Assembly (NCBI GenBank): GCA_001563335.1
Contig: LRSL01000095.1
Location: 14,586-78,585 of the forward strand
Length of the DNA: 64,000 nucleotides
Direction of reading: 5' to 3'
Source of the DNA: Candidatus Thorarchaeota archaeon SMTZ1-45
Lineage (GTDB): Archaea > Asgardarchaeota > Thorarchaeia > Thorarchaeales > Thorarchaeaceae
Shown: piece by piece, positions 20,888 through 30,234 of the stretch
Layout of the letters: the number at the start of each line of letters is the position of its first letter
Position numbering within the stretch: position 1 is the stretch's first letter
Made by a program: the position numbers and the translations under genes
The notes under the pieces: generated by a model
Databases searched by the model: none
The model's input: the letters and a program-made list of their open reading frames with translations, nothing else
Told to the model about the DNA's origin: nothing

Positions 20888-21820
20888 CTAGAACAACATC
20901 AAGTATATACCCAGAGCCGCTAAGACCAGAGCAACTAGGAGTATGGGAATGGACATTATATCTTTGTCAATCGCTGTTTCTTTGCCCAGGTCAACCTGAA
21001 GTGCAACTATCTGATTCTCAAGCTTCTTCTCATCAATCCGACCTGACATAACTGTGGCAAGCAACATGGCTACTGTGATTAATCCCACACTAGACGATAT
21101 TCTATCAGCTTCTGATTCTAGTTGTGACACCTCATTCAACATCACACTAATTTGACTCTGCAATGATTGAACTTGGCTGAGTAGGAAGGACTCGCAGAAG
21201 AACTCAATACCTACATTCTCAAAGATGAAGATTTCTTCATTAGTTTCTGGATCAACTGGACGGAGTCCCTCTCCACGTGCTTGAATCATGTCATAAGCGA
21301 AGAAATGTCCATAATATTGTTCAGGGGTCATGACTATCACAGGTGAACCAAACTCTGTTTCAAAAGATTGCCACATCTGCCACGTTATCGAGAAATTGTA
21401 CCCCTCATTATTTTCATGTGCAATGTAGTATGTGTTGGTACTTTGGTTGAAGTGTCTAAACAGGTGGAGTACCAAGAGATTGTTTTGATATCCTTGCATT
21501 TGGATTAACGTATCGATGGTTCTCCTGAGATATACTTCTCTCTCTTCGGGTGTAAAACTTGCATTGAGCATTTCAAATTCTACATCTAGAAGTGTGATTT
21601 CTGCTAGCAGATCAAGGTACTCCCTTACTCTGGTAACATCTCGACCCATTATGTAGTATGCATGGTCCTCCATTCTCTCTAAATCATCCTGTAGATCTTG
21701 CACCGTTTCCTTCTCATGAAGTGCTTGTGTAACATAGGTTTCTTGTAGACTCCCTGCTATGAACGCTATTCCTGAAATCATGAGAACAACAATTGTAGCT
21801 ACTATTTGCGATCTATCCAT
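20888..21820 (-). CDS. Hypothetical membrane protein with helical/coiled-coil extracellular region
   Basis: 310 aa; one N-terminal and two C-terminal TM helices; SD GAGGTGA. Confidence 0.75.
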   Translation of the reverse strand: MDRSQIVATIVVLMISGIAFIAGSLQETYVTQALHEKETVQDLQDDLERMEDHAYYIMGRDVTRVREYLDLLAEITLLDVEFEMLNASFTPEEREVYLRRTIDTLIQMQGYQNNLLVLHLFRHFNQSTNTYYIAHENNEGYNFSITWQMWQSFETEFGSPVIVMTPEQYYGHFFAYDMIQARGEGLRPVDPETNEEIFIFENVGIEFFCESFLLSQVQSLQSQISVMLNEVSQLESEADRISSSVGLITVAMLLATVMSGRIDEKKLENQIVALQVDLGKETAIDKDIMSIPILLVALVLAALGIYLMLF

Positions 21821-21941
21821 CTACTCTTCACCTCACAGTCACTCAGAGTCCACTAACTAAGTGACACTATGCAACTGACAAAACTAGAATATGTGGGGTG
21901 CGATTTCGTGTAAATGCAAAGAAAGGCAATGCTTTACTGAC

Positions 21942-22226
21942 TCAGTACTCCACATCCCAAATTTCGTGTTCCTGAGCATAATCACGAGCTTGTTGCATGT
22001 CATCGAAGCACTTCAATACATCATATGTGAAGTACTGTTGATCCTCCCGGTCAAGCTCGATAACCAGTCTAGGTTCTTCACTAGCTTTTTTGTAGATACG
22101 AATCAGACAGAGCTTGTTCTGAATTCCAGCATCAGCACATTTCTTGCATCCCTTGGGACCCTTGGCGCAATGGACCCCCTCGATGACCCGAATGATGTCT
22201 TCAAATTCCTCTGAATCACTGGTCAT
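21942..22226 (-). CDS. Small Cys-containing hypothetical protein
   Basis: 94 aa with HCAKGPKGCKKC and a further Cys; fits the run of minus-strand genes. Confidence 0.6.
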   Translation of the reverse strand: MTSDSEEFEDIIRVIEGVHCAKGPKGCKKCADAGIQNKLCLIRIYKKASEEPRLVIELDREDQQYFTYDVLKCFDDMQQARDYAQEHEIWDVEY

Positions 22227-22316
22227 AGCAAATATGTCACAATTTCATATCTAATAATGTTCGTTGGATGGTTTCTCTGCCAATTTTCGCTACTTGACAC
22301 ACTAAATAGTCAAACC

Positions 22317-22627
22317 TTATTCTGAAATATCCATGGTTTCTCTCAGTACAACCATAATTTCATCATGTCCTTCCCGCACAGCGTAGGATAAAGCTGTCAT
22401 CCCCTCTTCACCTTCAGCACCTTCGATTTGTATAGTGGGATCCACACCTGCATCTAATAACATTCTCACGATTTCTAAGTGCCCTCTACTTGAAGCAAGG
22501 TGAAGTGCAGAGTCCTTCATGTATTCATTTTGAGCGTCAATATTTGCCCCAAACAGAGAGCATCTTGGACACTATCAAGGTCACATTCTGCAGCTGCATC
22601 TAGAAGGTTCTCATTCGCATTTGTCAT
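22317..22627 (-). pseudogene. Ankyrin-repeat protein, frameshifted
   Basis: ATG 22627 gives MTNANENLLDAAAECDLDSVQDALCLG; adding one base in the C4 run (22547-22550) joins ANIDAQNEYMKDSALHLASSRGHLEIVRMLLDAG...TALSYAVREGH. Confidence 0.8.
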
Positions 22628-22728
22628 GTCTGCACTTTCCAGATGAGTTCTAATTAACGAGTACAATGTGGTCAAAAATGATGTTTGTGTCTATTTTTCC
22701 AAAACTGCATTGAAGGTTCTGATAATTA

Positions 22729-22795
22729 ATTCAAAAGATTCATGTGCAAGATATGCTGAATATTACCAATTTCGTTGATTGAAGGTATTTGAGAG
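22729..22795 (+). repeat. Conserved intergenic element of the TPR array, copy 1
   Basis: ATTCAAAAGATTCATGTGCAAGATATGCTGAATATTACCAATTTCGTTGATTGAAGGT matches the elements before the other three paralogs. Confidence 0.75.
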
Positions 22796-24285
22796 TGAAG
22801 CCACTTGGCACAATAACCATGTGTTTCCCACATATTGACAAAGAAACAAGATCTGTGCTTCAGTCGGTCATGGATGAGGCAGAGAATTTCGGAAACTTCA
22901 CAAAGAAACTGTGTTACAGAGTGTGTTCTGAGCCTTCATCACCGCTGCTAGAGTACTTCACCTTCTATTTCTCTTTTCATATTCATGACTATAATCTGAC
23001 TGACAGGTTAAAGACTTCAGGAAAGCTGTCCGATATTGCAAAACCTCTATACCTTATAACGCTGGTTCAGAGGGGTGAAATGATTAGTTGGGAGGAGATG
23101 AAAGGTTCCCTTGTTGAAGCACTAGCAGCGGCTCCAAATGACTGGGTTACGACTCACCTATATACTAAGTGGAGACAGCTTGCTGACCGTATTTATCCTG
23201 AGTGTGATATCGATATCAAACCCATTGAAGTCGTCACAAGAAGCATAAATGAGAAGAAGGAATTAGGCTTTTTTAAATCATATCTTCTCGTGATACAAGC
23301 TCAAAACCTTCTAAGAGAACAAAAGCTAAAAGAGATGATTGAGCTAGTGAAACAGGCAATCATCATAGCAAGAAAATACGATGACAAAATTATGCTTGCG
23401 TATCTCCTACATTATATGGCTAATAAGGTCAAACACACCGATGTAAAACGGGCAATGGATATTCTACTCACAACAAAAGAGTTGAGTGAGCAACTTGGTT
23501 ATCTCTTCAATATAGGTAATGTCAAATCCGAATTAGGTCATATCATGGGAATCAGAGGAGAGTATAACACTGCAGTCGAAAATAATCTTGAGGATGCAGA
23601 AATCGCGAGGTCGCTCTCATGTCCGGCGGCACTCGCATATGCAGTTGTTGCCTCCTATCTCAATCAAAGTGGAAATGGAGAAGAAGCCTTGGAACGAGCT
23701 AGGGTCTCAATTGACCTACTCGAGTCCTCTCCGCGTATTGCTCCTTATGCTCATACGCAGATGGCATATGCGTGGATCAATCTACAAAGATATGACGAGG
23801 CAAAAGCAGAACTGGCAATTGCTCAGAAATTGGTAACAAAGTCAGGAGACTCTTTGCAACTCCTGTGGCATCGGTTGGTTGAAGGCATTCTCGACAAAGC
23901 GGAGGGCAGGTTTGATAGTGCCATCGAATGCTTTAGCGAAGTGATGAAGCATCTAGAAGAAGACCCAGTTCCTCTCTATCAGAACATTTGTTTACTCAAT
24001 CTCACTGATATTGAAATCGCTAGACTCTCGAAGGACTCGTTAGACAAGGTAACTGTCTCTTCTGGACCGTGGATGAGGAAGCTGGAAGAACATGCAGAGA
24101 AGAATGACCTCCCAGGCATCGCAGCTCAATCTCTTCTTCTCAAGGCAAAACTCCTCCAAAAGCAAGGTCTGTTTGATGAGGTTCGAAAGATTATCAAAGA
24201 GGTTCACAAGACTGCTGAAACTCCAAGTATGAAGTATCTCAACGATATAGCAATCTCCATGTTTCCTGACATCATAGTTTCCTGA
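22789..24285 (+). CDS. TPR-repeat protein, tandem paralog 1
   Basis: Family N-terminus KPLGTITMCFPH, TPR-like helices, C-terminus PSMKYLNDIAISMFPDII. Confidence 0.88.
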   Translation: MRVKPLGTITMCFPHIDKETRSVLQSVMDEAENFGNFTKKLCYRVCSEPSSPLLEYFTFYFSFHIHDYNLTDRLKTSGKLSDIAKPLYLITLVQRGEMISWEEMKGSLVEALAAAPNDWVTTHLYTKWRQLADRIYPECDIDIKPIEVVTRSINEKKELGFFKSYLLVIQAQNLLREQKLKEMIELVKQAIIIARKYDDKIMLAYLLHYMANKVKHTDVKRAMDILLTTKELSEQLGYLFNIGNVKSELGHIMGIRGEYNTAVENNLEDAEIARSLSCPAALAYAVVASYLNQSGNGEEALERARVSIDLLESSPRIAPYAHTQMAYAWINLQRYDEAKAELAIAQKLVTKSGDSLQLLWHRLVEGILDKAEGRFDSAIECFSEVMKHLEEDPVPLYQNICLLNLTDIEIARLSKDSLDKVTVSSGPWMRKLEEHAEKNDLPGIAAQSLLLKAKLLQKQGLFDEVRKIIKEVHKTAETPSMKYLNDIAISMFPDIIVS

Positions 24286-24352
24286 CTTCCAAAATACTGA
24301 TGTAGAAGTTCTGCCATATAGTACCGATTTGGCCGGTTTGAGGTTTGAATGA
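24286..24352 (+). repeat. Conserved intergenic element of the TPR array, copy 2
   Basis: TTCCAAAATACTGATGTAGAAGTTCTGCCATATAGTACCGATTTGGCCGGTTTGAGGT. Confidence 0.8.
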
Positions 24353-25843
24353 TTGAAGCCACTTGGAACAATAACCATATGTTTTCCACATGTCGATGAG
24401 GAAACAAGATCTATGCTTCAGTCAGTCATGGATGAGGCAGAGAATTTCGGTGTCTTTACAGAAACACTCTGTGAAAAAGTATACTCAGAACACTCATCAC
24501 CGTTGTTAAAGTACTTCGCCTTCTTTTTCTCTTTTCATATTCAAAACTACAATCTGACTGACAGGTTAGAAACTGTGGGAAAGGTGTCCGATATTGCTAG
24601 ACCTCTATACCTTATATCAATGACTCATAAGGGTGATACAATTAGTTGGGAGAAGATGAAACACTCGCTTATTAAAGCAATAAGAGCCGCTCCTAATGAT
24701 TGGATTGCAAGTCACTTATACCTTACTTGGAGATTGAGAGGGGAACCATTCTTCCCAGAGGTTGATACTGATGTCAAGCCTATTGAATTAATCACCTCTA
24801 GTGTGCATATAAACAAGGAGTTGGAATTTTTCAAATCTTACCTCATGCAAATTAAGGCGCGGAGCTATTACCGTGAGGATAAGATCCAAGAAAGCATCGA
24901 GTTGGAGCAAGAAGCTCTCGCTATATTAAGAAAATATGATGAACAGATTCTTGTAGCTAATATTCTCTATTCTCTTGGAAATAAATGTAAACACACAGAT
25001 TTGAAACGAGCAATCGATATTCTACTCACGGCAAGAGAGTTAAGTGAAACCCTTGGTTACAAATATCTCCTTGCCTTGATTCAACACGAAATGGGTCATA
25101 TCACAGCACTACGAGGAGAATTCGATGCTGCGATTCAACATCAATCTGAATATATTAATTATCTAAACTCCTTGGGTCATAACAGCGTCTTTGTATACTC
25201 TATTATTGCTCATTATTACAATCAAATGAAACAGGGGCGTAAAGCTCTAGAAAATGCGATTGTTGGATCAAGAATTGGAAGAGGTGTAGCTCGGTTAAGT
25301 GCATATTTTCCTCTACAGATTGCTTGGGCATTGATAAACCTCCGCAGATTCGATGAAGCTAAAACTAAGCTTGCAGAAGCCCATCAGATAGCATTAAAGT
25401 CAGGAGACTCAAATGTAATCCTATGGTGTCGAGCAGTAGATTGTATTCTTGATAAAGCTGAGAATAATTTTGAGACTGCCATTGAGTGTTTTGAAGAAGT
25501 TCTGAAAGATTACAAAGAGAGTCCAACTCCTCTTTGGCAGAATCCCTGTTACCTCAATCTTACAGAAATGGAGATTGAAATGCTCTCAGAAGAATCTTTG
25601 AAGGAGAAAACCGAATCTTCTGGACCTTGGATGCAAGAGTTAGAACAATATGTGCAAAATTATGATTTGCCTGGCATTGCAGCTCAAACTCTTCTTCTTA
25701 AGGCAAAACTTTGTCACAGACAAGGACAATTTGATGAGGTTCGTAAGATACTCAAAGAGGTCAAGAAGAGAGCAGAGGCCCCAAGTATGAGGTATCTTAA
25801 CGACTTGGCTATTTCCATGTTTCCTGATATCATAGTGATCTAA
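24353..25843 (+). CDS. TPR-repeat protein, tandem paralog 2
   Basis: Same conserved N- and C-termini as paralog 1. Confidence 0.88.
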   Translation: MKPLGTITICFPHVDEETRSMLQSVMDEAENFGVFTETLCEKVYSEHSSPLLKYFAFFFSFHIQNYNLTDRLETVGKVSDIARPLYLISMTHKGDTISWEKMKHSLIKAIRAAPNDWIASHLYLTWRLRGEPFFPEVDTDVKPIELITSSVHINKELEFFKSYLMQIKARSYYREDKIQESIELEQEALAILRKYDEQILVANILYSLGNKCKHTDLKRAIDILLTARELSETLGYKYLLALIQHEMGHITALRGEFDAAIQHQSEYINYLNSLGHNSVFVYSIIAHYYNQMKQGRKALENAIVGSRIGRGVARLSAYFPLQIAWALINLRRFDEAKTKLAEAHQIALKSGDSNVILWCRAVDCILDKAENNFETAIECFEEVLKDYKESPTPLWQNPCYLNLTEMEIEMLSEESLKEKTESSGPWMQELEQYVQNYDLPGIAAQTLLLKAKLCHRQGQFDEVRKILKEVKKRAEAPSMRYLNDLAISMFPDIIVI

Positions 25844-25910
25844 ATTGCAAAACATTGATGTGGAAGGTCAGCTGAATAATACCGAATTCGCTGGTCTGAG
25901 GTGCGTGAGA
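25844..25910 (+). repeat. Conserved intergenic element of the TPR array, copy 3
   Basis: ATTGCAAAACATTGATGTGGAAGGTCAGCTGAATAATACCGAATTCGCTGGTCTGAGGT. Confidence 0.8.
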
Positions 25911-27407
25911 GTGGAGCCAATCGGGACCATAACCATGTGCTTCCCACATGTGGATGAAGAAACAAAATCTATACTCCAATCAGTGATGGATGAGGCAGAA
26001 AACTTTGGAGATTTCACGGAGAAGTTATGCGACAGAGTCTGTACTGAAGCGTCATCTCCCTTACTGGAGTATTTCGCTGTCTACTTTGCTTTTTATCTTG
26101 ATTGCTATACTTTGGTCAATAGATTAGCCTCTACTGGAAAGGTAACGGACTTAGGGTTGCCTCTGCTCCTACTAACGAGGGCTCGAAGAGGTGACGTAGT
26201 CAGCTGGGATGAAATGAAAGAATCAATGAAACGGGCATTAATGGTTGCTCCAAATGACTGGATAACAAGTCAACTCTATTTAAGTTGGAGACACGAGGCT
26301 ATGGCATTCTACCCGGAGTCTGATGTAGACATCAAACCAATTGAGGTAATTGCATCCAGTGTGGAAAAGAATACCGATCTTGCCTTTTTCAAAGCATTTC
26401 TTCTAAATATGAGGGCCTTTGGGTACGAAAGCGAGCACAAAGACAAAGAAGCAATAGATCAAAGAAAACAAGCTATTGCGATTGCGAGAAAGTTTGATGA
26501 GCCAATATTAATGGTAGGTACCATCTGTCACATGGCTGGTTCCATCAGGGCGACCGATGTAAAACAGGCAATTGATCTCTTTATTTCAGCTAGAGAACTC
26601 AGCGAAAGATTAGGTTATAAAAATGGAGTTGGTGCTGCTCTACAAAATTTGGGATTCATCATGGCAATTCGCGGAGAATTCGATGCGGCAATTGAATATT
26701 CCTTAGAATACAGAAGAATCAGAGAGTCACTCGGTCTACCTACACAATATAGCGACCAAATGATTGCATCGATGTACAACCAAATGGGAAACGGAGAGGA
26801 AGCCTATCAACTAGCTAAGACTGTAGTCGAATTTGCCACTAGTACATCTGTAATGCGGCATAATGCCAACCCTCATCGCGATCTGGCTTGGGCTCTAGTC
26901 AACCTTGGTAGATATGATGAGGCTGAAGCAGAGCTCGCAATTGCAAGCAAAATAGCAACAAAATCTGGGGATTCCAGACAAATGATAACGGTTCAATTAG
27001 TGGAAGGTATTCTTGATAAAGCAGAGGCTAACTATGATAGTGCCACCCTGGTCTTCAAAGAAGTGCTGGACTATCTAAAAAACAATCCAATTCTCCCGGT
27101 TCAGAATATATGCCTCCTCAACCTCACTGAAATCGAAATCGAAATGCTCACAGACGAATCCCTGAAAAAGAACTTAGATTCCTCTGGTCCTTGGATGGCA
27201 AAATTAGTGGAACATGTTGAGAAGAATGATCTGCCTGGTATTGCTGCTCGTGCGTTGCTACTAAAGGCTGAACTTCGCAGGAAACAAGGATGGAATGATG
27301 ACATGCGGAAGTTGCTCAAGCAGGTTCAAGGAATAGCCAAGGCTCCAAGCATGAAGTATCTCAATGATCTGGCAGTTTCCATGTTCCCTGATATCATATT
27401 TACCTGA
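25911..27407 (+). CDS. TPR-repeat protein, tandem paralog 3
   Basis: Start moved to GTG 25911 (EPIGTITMCFPH) by alignment with the paralogs; C-terminus APSMKYLNDLAVSMFPDII. Confidence 0.88.
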   Translation: MEPIGTITMCFPHVDEETKSILQSVMDEAENFGDFTEKLCDRVCTEASSPLLEYFAVYFAFYLDCYTLVNRLASTGKVTDLGLPLLLLTRARRGDVVSWDEMKESMKRALMVAPNDWITSQLYLSWRHEAMAFYPESDVDIKPIEVIASSVEKNTDLAFFKAFLLNMRAFGYESEHKDKEAIDQRKQAIAIARKFDEPILMVGTICHMAGSIRATDVKQAIDLFISARELSERLGYKNGVGAALQNLGFIMAIRGEFDAAIEYSLEYRRIRESLGLPTQYSDQMIASMYNQMGNGEEAYQLAKTVVEFATSTSVMRHNANPHRDLAWALVNLGRYDEAEAELAIASKIATKSGDSRQMITVQLVEGILDKAEANYDSATLVFKEVLDYLKNNPILPVQNICLLNLTEIEIEMLTDESLKKNLDSSGPWMAKLVEHVEKNDLPGIAARALLLKAELRRKQGWNDDMRKLLKQVQGIAKAPSMKYLNDLAVSMFPDIIFT

Positions 27408-27473
27408 ATTCCAAAACACTGATGTAGAAGGTCAGTGTAATACTACCAATTTCGTTGATTGAAAGTATTAAGC
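27408..27473 (+). repeat. Conserved intergenic element of the TPR array, copy 4
   Basis: ATTCCAAAACACTGATGTAGAAGGTCAGTGTAATACTACCAATTTCGTTGATTGAAAGT. Confidence 0.8.
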
Positions 27474-28943
27474 TTGGAGCCAATCGGGACCATAACCAAC
27501 TACTTTCCCTTCTTAAAAGAAGAAACAGTCGACGTTCTGAAGGAAGTTATGGACCAAGCAACAAATTACTATGACTTTGTGGTCCGACTGGGTAGCAAAG
27601 CCTGCGATGAGGATGTCTCCCTTGAACTTGCCTACATGGCCGCCTTACATGTGTGGCGTTCCGAAGAGAGGAGTCTTCAGGACAGACTGCGGGAAAAATT
27701 CAATGACACTCCTGAAATATTGGTATGGACATTTTCACTGATTGATATTCCATACACATTTGTTTATCGTGACAAGATATCAGGAGTTCTGAGTAGAGTG
27801 TAAGAAACAAATCCTCCAGATTGGATGCTCATGGATCTGTATTATGATATCGAGAGTTATCTGATTGGGAATACCCCATCAGAATTCGCTGAGTTGTCGA
27901 TAAAACTTGAAACCATTTTAGACAATAATCCGAATCTTGTATGTTTTGAGTCATATCTCTCAGTTATTCAATCTTTTATACACAGTTTGGAAGGAGATCA
28001 TGTTCTTTCCTTTCTTACAAAGCAAAGAGCTTTGGAGCAAGCACGAAAAGCAAATGATGTCCTTTCGGTGATATCAATAACAGGAAGCCTTGCATATATG
28101 CTCAAGGATCACAATGCTATGTATGCACTGGAATACGCTGAGGAGTTTTACAAACTCGGTGTCTTGTCTGGTCTACCAAGGAAAATAGAAGCTGCAAGAC
28201 ACTACATGGGATTGATACATGCAGTCAGGGGGGTGTATGATATGGCCGTTGAATGCCAAGTAGCCGCTGCTGAGGTGTACAATAATGACAAAGGACCTCC
28301 CAGTTCAAGATGTGCTATTGTTTCAATTTACTATTCTGACTTGGAGGATGCAAGACAGGCGTTGTACTGGGCAAATGAATCGTTTCGAATAACAGGCGGA
28401 AAAGGCGACGTTCAGATGCATTATGCAATGCTACGTGCATTGCATCTACTTCATAGAATAGATGCTGCAGATTATCACCTGAATGAATTGCACAAGCTGA
28501 GTCTGGAGAGCGCAGCTGATTTCGATCAAGCACTGTTCTTGGAAGGAAGAGGTATCCATGAGTTGAAGTCAGGGGATCCGCAAGCTGCAATTGCTAGTCT
28601 GGAGCAAGCACTTGCTGTAGTTGAACCGCTCAATCTTCATATTGGAATCAATCGGTGTCTTGTTGCTCTAACACAGGTCGAGATTCAACTGGCTGATGAA
28701 TCCAGTAAAGACGACTCATCAGGTCCATGGATGGTGCGGCTTGAGAGCCACGCACAGAAAAGAGACTACCCTGGAATCCAGATGCAAGCTGCACTTCTCA
28801 GGGCGGAGTTCCTTGTAAAGCAGGGCCGAAAGAGCGAGGCACGAGAGGTCTTGCAGGATGCTCTCGAAATCCTCGACTCGCCAACTGTGAAGACCCTCCG
28901 CACTAGGATTCAGAATATGCTTGGTGACCTCATTGTTGCTTGA
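27474..28943 (+). pseudogene. TPR-repeat protein, divergent paralog 4, split by an in-frame TAA
   Basis: ORFs 27459-27803 and 27825-28943 are in one frame; SRV*ETNPPDWML aligns with paralog RALMVAPNDWIT; SSGPWM and DYPGI motifs retained. Confidence 0.82.
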
Positions 28944-29069
28944 TTGATTTTGTTGGAGTTTCATCAGCTAAAGTTACCGGAAGCCTTTATAGGAGGCCCA
29001 AATCCATCCCGATTCCTCCGGGCTGAGGAGGTCATATCCCGGAGATTTTGATAGAAGGAAGTATTCCCC

Positions 29070-30221
29070 ATGACTGTTGCTGTTGTTGGTGTTGGATATA
29101 CTGATTTTCGAAGTGCAACTCCCGACGTTACATTCAAGGAACAGATGTTTGAAGCTGCTGTCAAGGCTTACACCGATGCTGGCGTAAGTCCTAGAAAAGA
29201 CATTGGTAGCTTCATCACAGGGGCTGAGGACTACTGGGAAGGCTACTCAATCTTCGACGAGTTTGTGCCTGACCAGCTTGGTGCCACTCTCCGTCCGGTC
29301 TGTACAATAAGTGGAGATGGACTGCAAGCTTTGATGACAGGAGTCATGCAGGTAGAAACTGGGATGTTCGATATTGTGGCAATCGAAGCACATAGCAAGG
29401 CATCTGACATGCTTTCATTCACAGGGATTGTAAGCCATGGACTTGATCCAGTTTATAATCGAAGCATGAATGTGAGCCCCTTCTTTGTTGCAGGGCTTGA
29501 GATGAGAAAGTATCTCTCTGAGACAAAGACAACTAGGGAGCAATGTGCACGAGTTGTAGTTAAGAACAAGAAGAATGCGTTGGACAATCCCTTGGCAGCA
29601 TATCCAGCTAGTATGTCTGTTGATGAAGTGATGAACTCTGAGATGGTTTCTGACCCATTGTCTCGACGAGACTTAAGTCCCTTAGCTGATGGAGCCATTG
29701 TTTTTGTACTTGCCTCTGAGAAGAGGGCAAAGGAGCTCTCGGATTATCCCATCTGGTTGAAGGGACTGAGCTGGATCTCAGAAACACCGTGGTTGGAGTC
29801 ACGAAACTGGAGTGAAGCCACTTACGCCAAGCTCGCATCGAAAAAGGCTTACAAGATGGCAGGTATCATAGATCCCAAGAAACAACTGGATCTTGTAGAG
29901 GTTGATGACTGGTTCTCATACAAAGAGCTTCAACATCTTGAAGCAATTGGAATATGTGAGAAAGGTCAGGCTGGGAAACTACTTGAACAAGGTAAATTTG
30001 ACAGAAACGGAGAAACTCCCGTCAATGTGTCAGGTGGGCGATTGGGAGCCGGCAACCTCCTAGAAGCCTCCTCACTGCAGTCAGTTCTTGAATGCGTGCT
30101 GCAGCTTCGAGGTCATGCAGGAAAGAGGCAGATTAAGAACGCCCGGACAGCAGCTGCTCAATCATGGCGCGGAATTCCAACAGCCACTGGTAGCATGCTG
30201 ATTCTTAGCAATGAGAAGTAG
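29070..30221 (+). CDS. Thiolase-fold protein, Ltp4-like (no canonical catalytic Cys/His)
   Basis: Thiolase fold (SPLADGA, PVNVSGG); GAEDYWEG and ISGDGLQAL lie where ACASG is expected. Confidence 0.85.
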   Translation: MTVAVVGVGYTDFRSATPDVTFKEQMFEAAVKAYTDAGVSPRKDIGSFITGAEDYWEGYSIFDEFVPDQLGATLRPVCTISGDGLQALMTGVMQVETGMFDIVAIEAHSKASDMLSFTGIVSHGLDPVYNRSMNVSPFFVAGLEMRKYLSETKTTREQCARVVVKNKKNALDNPLAAYPASMSVDEVMNSEMVSDPLSRRDLSPLADGAIVFVLASEKRAKELSDYPIWLKGLSWISETPWLESRNWSEATYAKLASKKAYKMAGIIDPKKQLDLVEVDDWFSYKELQHLEAIGICEKGQAGKLLEQGKFDRNGETPVNVSGGRLGAGNLLEASSLQSVLECVLQLRGHAGKRQIKNARTAAAQSWRGIPTATGSMLILSNEK

Positions 30222-30234
30222 GAGGAGATGAAAG

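Noticed and set aside
25845-25910. 22-aa N-terminal extension of TPR paralog 3
   Set aside because: This is the conserved intergenic element, open by chance; the paralogs start downstream of it.
22729-28943. TPR array as a DGR, CRISPR or integron cassette array
   Set aside because: No reverse transcriptase, cas or integrase gene; no adenine-specific TR/VR pair seen; the intergenic element is degenerate and not clearly palindromic, and the units are whole paralogous genes.
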